A stretch of 64,000 nucleotides of DNA, taken from assembly GCA_963706195.1 (NCBI GenBank), contig OY970156.1, positions 4,187,651 to 4,251,650 on the forward strand, written 5' to 3'. The position numbers and the translations under genes were made by a program. Shown here piece by piece: positions 60,149 to 64,000 of this stretch (its first letter is position 1; each line of letters opens with the position of its first letter). Origin of the DNA: an uncultured Pseudomonadota bacterium (lineage in GTDB: Bacteria; Pseudomonadota; Alphaproteobacteria; Acetobacterales; Acetobacteraceae). Below the pieces are notes generated by a model, which was not told the DNA's origin, did not search any database, and saw nothing but the letters and a program-made list of their open reading frames with translations.

Positions 60149-61030
60149 ATGCAGCCGTGCGGACCGAAATGCCTTGCGCTTGGTACCATCGGGCGGATTG
60201 CGGTCGGCGCGCTGATGGGCATCGCGCTCGGCTTCATGTGCGCATCGGCACAGGCGGACATGCTATCGGCCGGGGACGGCTATGCCGCCGACGGCTCCTA
60301 CAGAGTACAGATCGAACTCACACCGTACCTGTGGCTGCCCGCAAGCCAGACCAACTACACGCTCGGCCCGCGTGGCGGCGTGAGCGGCGGCGTCAGCACG
60401 GGCATCCCGAACGCGCAACAGCTTGCCAACTCGCTGCATGGCGCCTTCATGGGCTACGGGTTGGTGCGCTACGGGCCATGGTCGGCGGAACTCGATATCG
60501 ACTGGGTATCCGCCAGCGGCCACAACACCGTCACCGCGCAGGCCCTGGGAAGATCGGTCAACCTGAACGCCAGCGCCTCGATCGTACGGATTGCCCCGGG
60601 ATTCGGCTATGAGGTACTGAACGGATATGTTGGCGGAACGCCGGTCACGATGGACGCCCGCGCGGGGTTCGCGGTCTTCACCTGGAGCGCGTCCATCAGC
60701 AGCGAGCGTGACCTGCTCGGGGGCATCAGCGGCAATTCGGCCTTCGTGCAGCCCTGGCTCGGAACCCGGATATCCATCTACCCGGCGCATCGCTGGCGTG
60801 TCGAGCTGGGCGCGCTGGTGCAGGGTTTCGGCGTCGGGGGCGGTTCGTGGGGGTGGGGCGCTTCGGCGCTGGTATCCTATGCGGTGAACGACTGGCTGGT
60901 GATCACCGGCGGGTTCCGCGCGCTCAGAAGCTCACGCAGCGAGGAGACGACGCGGGCATTCCTGCCGGCCACGCGCTCGATCGACATGGTTGCGTACGGA
61001 CCCATACTCGGCGTCGGATTCAGATTCTAG
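60149..61030 (+). CDS. Outer-membrane beta-barrel protein, family unknown
   Basis: Signal peptide ending ASAQA, and a C-terminal GVGFRF. Confidence 0.6.
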   Translation: MQPCGPKCLALGTIGRIAVGALMGIALGFMCASAQADMLSAGDGYAADGSYRVQIELTPYLWLPASQTNYTLGPRGGVSGGVSTGIPNAQQLANSLHGAFMGYGLVRYGPWSAELDIDWVSASGHNTVTAQALGRSVNLNASASIVRIAPGFGYEVLNGYVGGTPVTMDARAGFAVFTWSASISSERDLLGGISGNSAFVQPWLGTRISIYPAHRWRVELGALVQGFGVGGGSWGWGASALVSYAVNDWLVITGGFRALRSSRSEETTRAFLPATRSIDMVAYGPILGVGFRF

Positions 61031-61100
61031 GCCGGCCGATGGTATCGACACGGATCCTGGCCTGCGCCGACGCTGCGTTCCCGGAACACGTGAGGGCCAC

Positions 61101-61856
61101 ATGAAATTCCTATCGTTGCCGGTTGTCCTGGCATTGACCGTGGGGGTGATGGTCCCGTTCGTCGCGCGGGCGGAAGACCGGCCGCCGATGATCAGCGAGG
61201 CGGCACGAAGCGCCGTGGTCGCGATGGGCAAGAGCCTGGAAGCCCCAGAGTTCTCCTTCAAGGACAGGACGATCCGGGAATATATGGACCGGGGTGGCCA
61301 ACCGCTGCATATTTTCCATCACGCCACCATCGTCGTGCGGCGCCCGGATCACCTGGCGGTGGTCCTGCGTGGCGACGACGGAACGACCAGGATCGCCTAC
61401 GATGGCGAGTCCCTCACCATCTACGGCGCGAACCTCAACAAATATGCCACCATCCCGGTCTCGGGCGATCTTGGGACCATGCTCAAGGTGGCAATCGATC
61501 GGTTGGGCGTGGATTTTCCGCTCGCCGACTTCCTGGCGACCTCGCCCGACAAGGCCTTCCTCACTGGGGTCACGTCCGGCTACGAGGTCGGCACGGTGCC
61601 GATCGACGGCGTTCCGTGCCGCCATCTGTTCTTCATGCAGCCGCCTGGCATCGAGCTCGAGCTCTGGGTGGAAAAGAACGCTGCCGCGGTGCCGCGGCGG
61701 CTGATCGTCACCTATCGTTCTCTTCCCGGCGAACCGCGCTTCATTGCCGAGATGTGGGGATGGAACATGAGCGCCCGGCCGACGGACGCGGCGTTCGAAC
61801 TGCATGTGCCGGCCGGCGCGACGAAGATCGAACTCCCGCCGGAGAAGAAGCCATGA
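61101..61856 (+). CDS. DUF2092 (LolA-like) periplasmic protein
   Basis: Signal peptide MKFLSLPVVLALTVGVMVPFVARA. Conserved RPDHLAVV...YDGESLTIYG...PLADFL...LIVTYRSLPGEPRF pattern. Confidence 0.75.
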   Translation: MKFLSLPVVLALTVGVMVPFVARAEDRPPMISEAARSAVVAMGKSLEAPEFSFKDRTIREYMDRGGQPLHIFHHATIVVRRPDHLAVVLRGDDGTTRIAYDGESLTIYGANLNKYATIPVSGDLGTMLKVAIDRLGVDFPLADFLATSPDKAFLTGVTSGYEVGTVPIDGVPCRHLFFMQPPGIELELWVEKNAAAVPRRLIVTYRSLPGEPRFIAEMWGWNMSARPTDAAFELHVPAGATKIELPPEKKP

Positions 61857-62191
61857 AGCCGCCCGTCCTCGGGCCGGTGGTTGCGCTGCTGGCCCTGGCG
61901 CTGGCATCTCCGTGCGCGTTCGGCTGGGGCGCGGCCCGCGGACCATATGGCGGCGCCGCCTATCGCGGCCCGATGGGAGGGGTGGCCGTGCGTGGCCCGG
62001 CCGGGGCGACCGCGTATCGTCCGCCCGCATACGGGCATCCCGGCGGGTACTATCGGCCGCCGGCCTATGCCCCGGCCGGCGCTGCCGCCGTCGGGTTCGC
62101 TGCCGGTGCCGCGACGGGCGCCGCCGCGGCGCAGGCCTATGCCGTTCCACCCCCCTATTACCAACCGCCTATGGTTATCGTCGTCCCCTAG
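61853..62191 (+). CDS. Small secreted Gly/Ala/Pro/Tyr-rich repeat protein
   Basis: 112 aa with an ATGA overlap onto the DUF2092 stop. Signal peptide, then repeats such as YRGP, YRPPAY, YYRPPAY and PPPYYQPP. Confidence 0.55.
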   Translation: MKPPVLGPVVALLALALASPCAFGWGAARGPYGGAAYRGPMGGVAVRGPAGATAYRPPAYGHPGGYYRPPAYAPAGAAAVGFAAGAATGAAAAQAYAVPPPYYQPPMVIVVP

Positions 62192-62557
62192 GGAAGGTCG
62201 GATGCGACCGCGGATGGTGCCGACGCCGGGGGCCATCCGGATCGGGCTGCGCTGGCGCCGGCGACCCCGTTCAGCCACGCAGATGATCCGCTGGGCACGA
62301 TGCTGCGGCCGTTCCGAAAAGGCATCGGGATGATACACCTGACACGGCGCCGCGCCGCAGTCCGGTCAACCCGCTGCTGCCTGGCATGCCCACGGCGCTG
62401 CAAATCTACCCCGACGGCCGGTTACAAAACTACCGGCCGACATCATTGATCTATATCATCTTGCCACTGCCGGCTTCACCCTATACCCTCCCCAGTCCGT
62501 ATCGGACGCAACGTACGTATCACTCCAGGGTTCCTCAGGAAGCAGGAGTCGCAACCG

Positions 62558-63049
62558 ATGGGATCGCTCGCAACAGAAACCCGCCTGGTTCTCGCCGTTG
62601 AGGATGCCTTCGCCGGTCTGGAAGCGAATTCGGATGGGCTCGTGCGGCTCCGCGACATCGCAGCCGCAATGGGAATGACCGAAAGAACCCTTCGCAGCAA
62701 ATTTGCGGCGAGCGTCGGCATGCCGCCCATGCGCTATCTTCGGCTATTGCGCCTGACGATGGCGCAGCAGGCCCTCCGCCGCGCGGCAGGCGAAGGGATG
62801 ACGGTCACCGAGGTCGCGTTGCGTTACGGATTCCTCGAACTCGGGCGGTTCGCGGTGACATACCGTAGGCGATTCGGTGAATGCCCCTCGGCCACGCTGC
62901 GGCGATCGATCGACGATCTCGGTGGGGGTGTCCCCGAAGCGGATGGCGACCGGAGCGAGCCCGCTTCGTCCGCAGCGTGCCCGGACAGTGTCAGGCCGGG
63001 TACCTATCCGGCTTCGTCTCGAAGCGATCCACCTGGAGCAGAAAGATGA
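62558..63049 (+). CDS. AraC-family HTH protein (DNA-binding domain only)
   Basis: LRDIAAAMGMTERTLRSKF...RLLRLTMAQQAL...VTEVALRYGFLELGRFAVTYRRRFGECPS. Confidence 0.75.
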   Translation: MGSLATETRLVLAVEDAFAGLEANSDGLVRLRDIAAAMGMTERTLRSKFAASVGMPPMRYLRLLRLTMAQQALRRAAGEGMTVTEVALRYGFLELGRFAVTYRRRFGECPSATLRRSIDDLGGGVPEADGDRSEPASSAACPDSVRPGTYPASSRSDPPGAER

Positions 63050-63555
63050 CAGTCGAAAACGCGGCCTCCGGCCAGGCCCGGCGTCACGAGGTGTGCCTCA
63101 CGGCCATCGCCGCAGCCTTGTCCCTGGGCCTGAGCGGCTGCGCGAGCGGACCGGCGCCCGCCGCAGGAGCCTCCCCGGATGTTGCCGGCACGCCGCCTTC
63201 CGGCACCGTTGAGATGCGACAGGTCCAGGCCGCCTTCATCGGTAGCGGCGGAGGCGGTACCGGGACGCTCCATTTCCGCGGCCAGTCCTACCCGTTCCGG
63301 GTTGCCGGACTGGGTGTCGGCGGAATCGGCGTGTCGACCATCGACGCTCGGGGCGATGTCTTTGGCCTCACCAACGTGGCCTTGTTTCCCGGAGCTTATG
63401 GCCAGGTGCGCTATGGCGCCGTGGCCGGCACGGCGAGCATCGGCGACCTCTGGCTGCAGAACAACAATGGCGTCGTGATGCACCTCAGGGCCAGGCGGAC
63501 CGGTCTGATGCTGAGCCTCGGGGGGGATGCAGTGGTCGTTTCCATGTCTCGCTAG
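63046..63555 (+). CDS. Lipoprotein, family unknown
   Basis: ATGA overlap with the AraC stop. Lipobox LSGC and a Gly-rich beta-type body. Confidence 0.6.
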   Translation: MTVENAASGQARRHEVCLTAIAAALSLGLSGCASGPAPAAGASPDVAGTPPSGTVEMRQVQAAFIGSGGGGTGTLHFRGQSYPFRVAGLGVGGIGVSTIDARGDVFGLTNVALFPGAYGQVRYGAVAGTASIGDLWLQNNNGVVMHLRARRTGLMLSLGGDAVVVSMSR

Positions 63556-64000
63556 GCGAGAACGACCGGTAGCCAAGCGGCCGGTGTTGTCGCACCATCG
63601 GCCAACTCACATCTGGTTCTGGCCGGAATTGCATAGCGCCCGCGTCCGCCGGCGGCTACAGCCGCATCCGAACCGTGGGTACACTGTTCGGTGCAATGGC
63701 AACCATGGATGCCATGCCGATCGCAATTCTTCGGCACCAGAGCGTCAATCCCGGAGAGTACAGCATGGCTTGGGGAGCAGCGCTACGGATTGCGTCAGGT
63801 GCTGCCGAGCGTCGTGAGCCCGAAGCGACGACGCGGCGGCGCAAGACCGCACGCGCGGATGCGACGTGCACCGTGAGCGTGCCGCGCGCGGCCTGTCCCA
63901 CCTCGCCATCGCCGAGCGACTCGCGATGAAAGCTATGGTCGCAGACGGGAGCAGTTCATTGGCAACCGCAGGCATGTCAACCTCGGCCACCCTTGGATGC

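Noticed and set aside
63850-64000. Possible LuxR-type HTH fragment at the right edge (...RERAARGLSHLAIAERLAM...)
   Set aside because: Only about 20 residues resemble the LuxR helix-turn-helix. The following segment does not fit the family without an indel, and the ORF is cut by the window end.

Overview
This is a high-GC chromosomal segment of alphaproteobacterial type. Gene content and an IS5/IS427-like element suggest Rhodospirillales/Acetobacteraceae, but that is inference only. No rRNA, tRNA or CRISPR array was found.

The conserved backbone is origin-proximal and housekeeping:
- parB-parA-rsmG-mnmG, with four parS-like palindromes.
- tyrC-hisC-chorismate mutase, divergent from metX-metW.
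- recF-gyrB.

Accessory patches interrupt this backbone:
1. A complete-looking group II intron (0.3-2.3 kb).
2. A sensorless histidine kinase / KaiC-like ATPase / receiver operon (4.9-7.7 kb).
3. A lower-GC patch (14.4-17.5 kb) holding one large gene. It fuses a GHKL/MORC-like ATPase to a Shedu-like PD-(D/E)xK nuclease. It lies between a truncated MFS gene and an IS. This is my top candidate for an undescribed defence gene.
4. A toxin-antitoxin and restriction-modification island (23.3-29.6 kb). It has three MNT/HEPN pairs, two of them truncated and one fused by an 88-bp tandem duplication. They surround a type I-like M+S pair that has no HsdR. Its methylase carries an HsdR-N-type nuclease-like domain.
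5. A low-GC cassette (49.5-54.5 kb) bracketed by two copies of a 191-bp MITE, one of which hosts a nested 150-bp MITE. It contains a duplicated metallophosphoesterase + DEDDh-exonuclease module around a LysR gene.
6. An envelope and outer-membrane gene cluster (55.7-63.6 kb).

Two 847-bp IS copies sit at 16.6 and 54.8 kb.

Caveat: many conserved genes between 18.9 and 36.9 kb carry frameshifts, very densely at 31.6-36.9 kb. The pattern looks more like indel errors than decay, so the pseudogene calls there are provisional.
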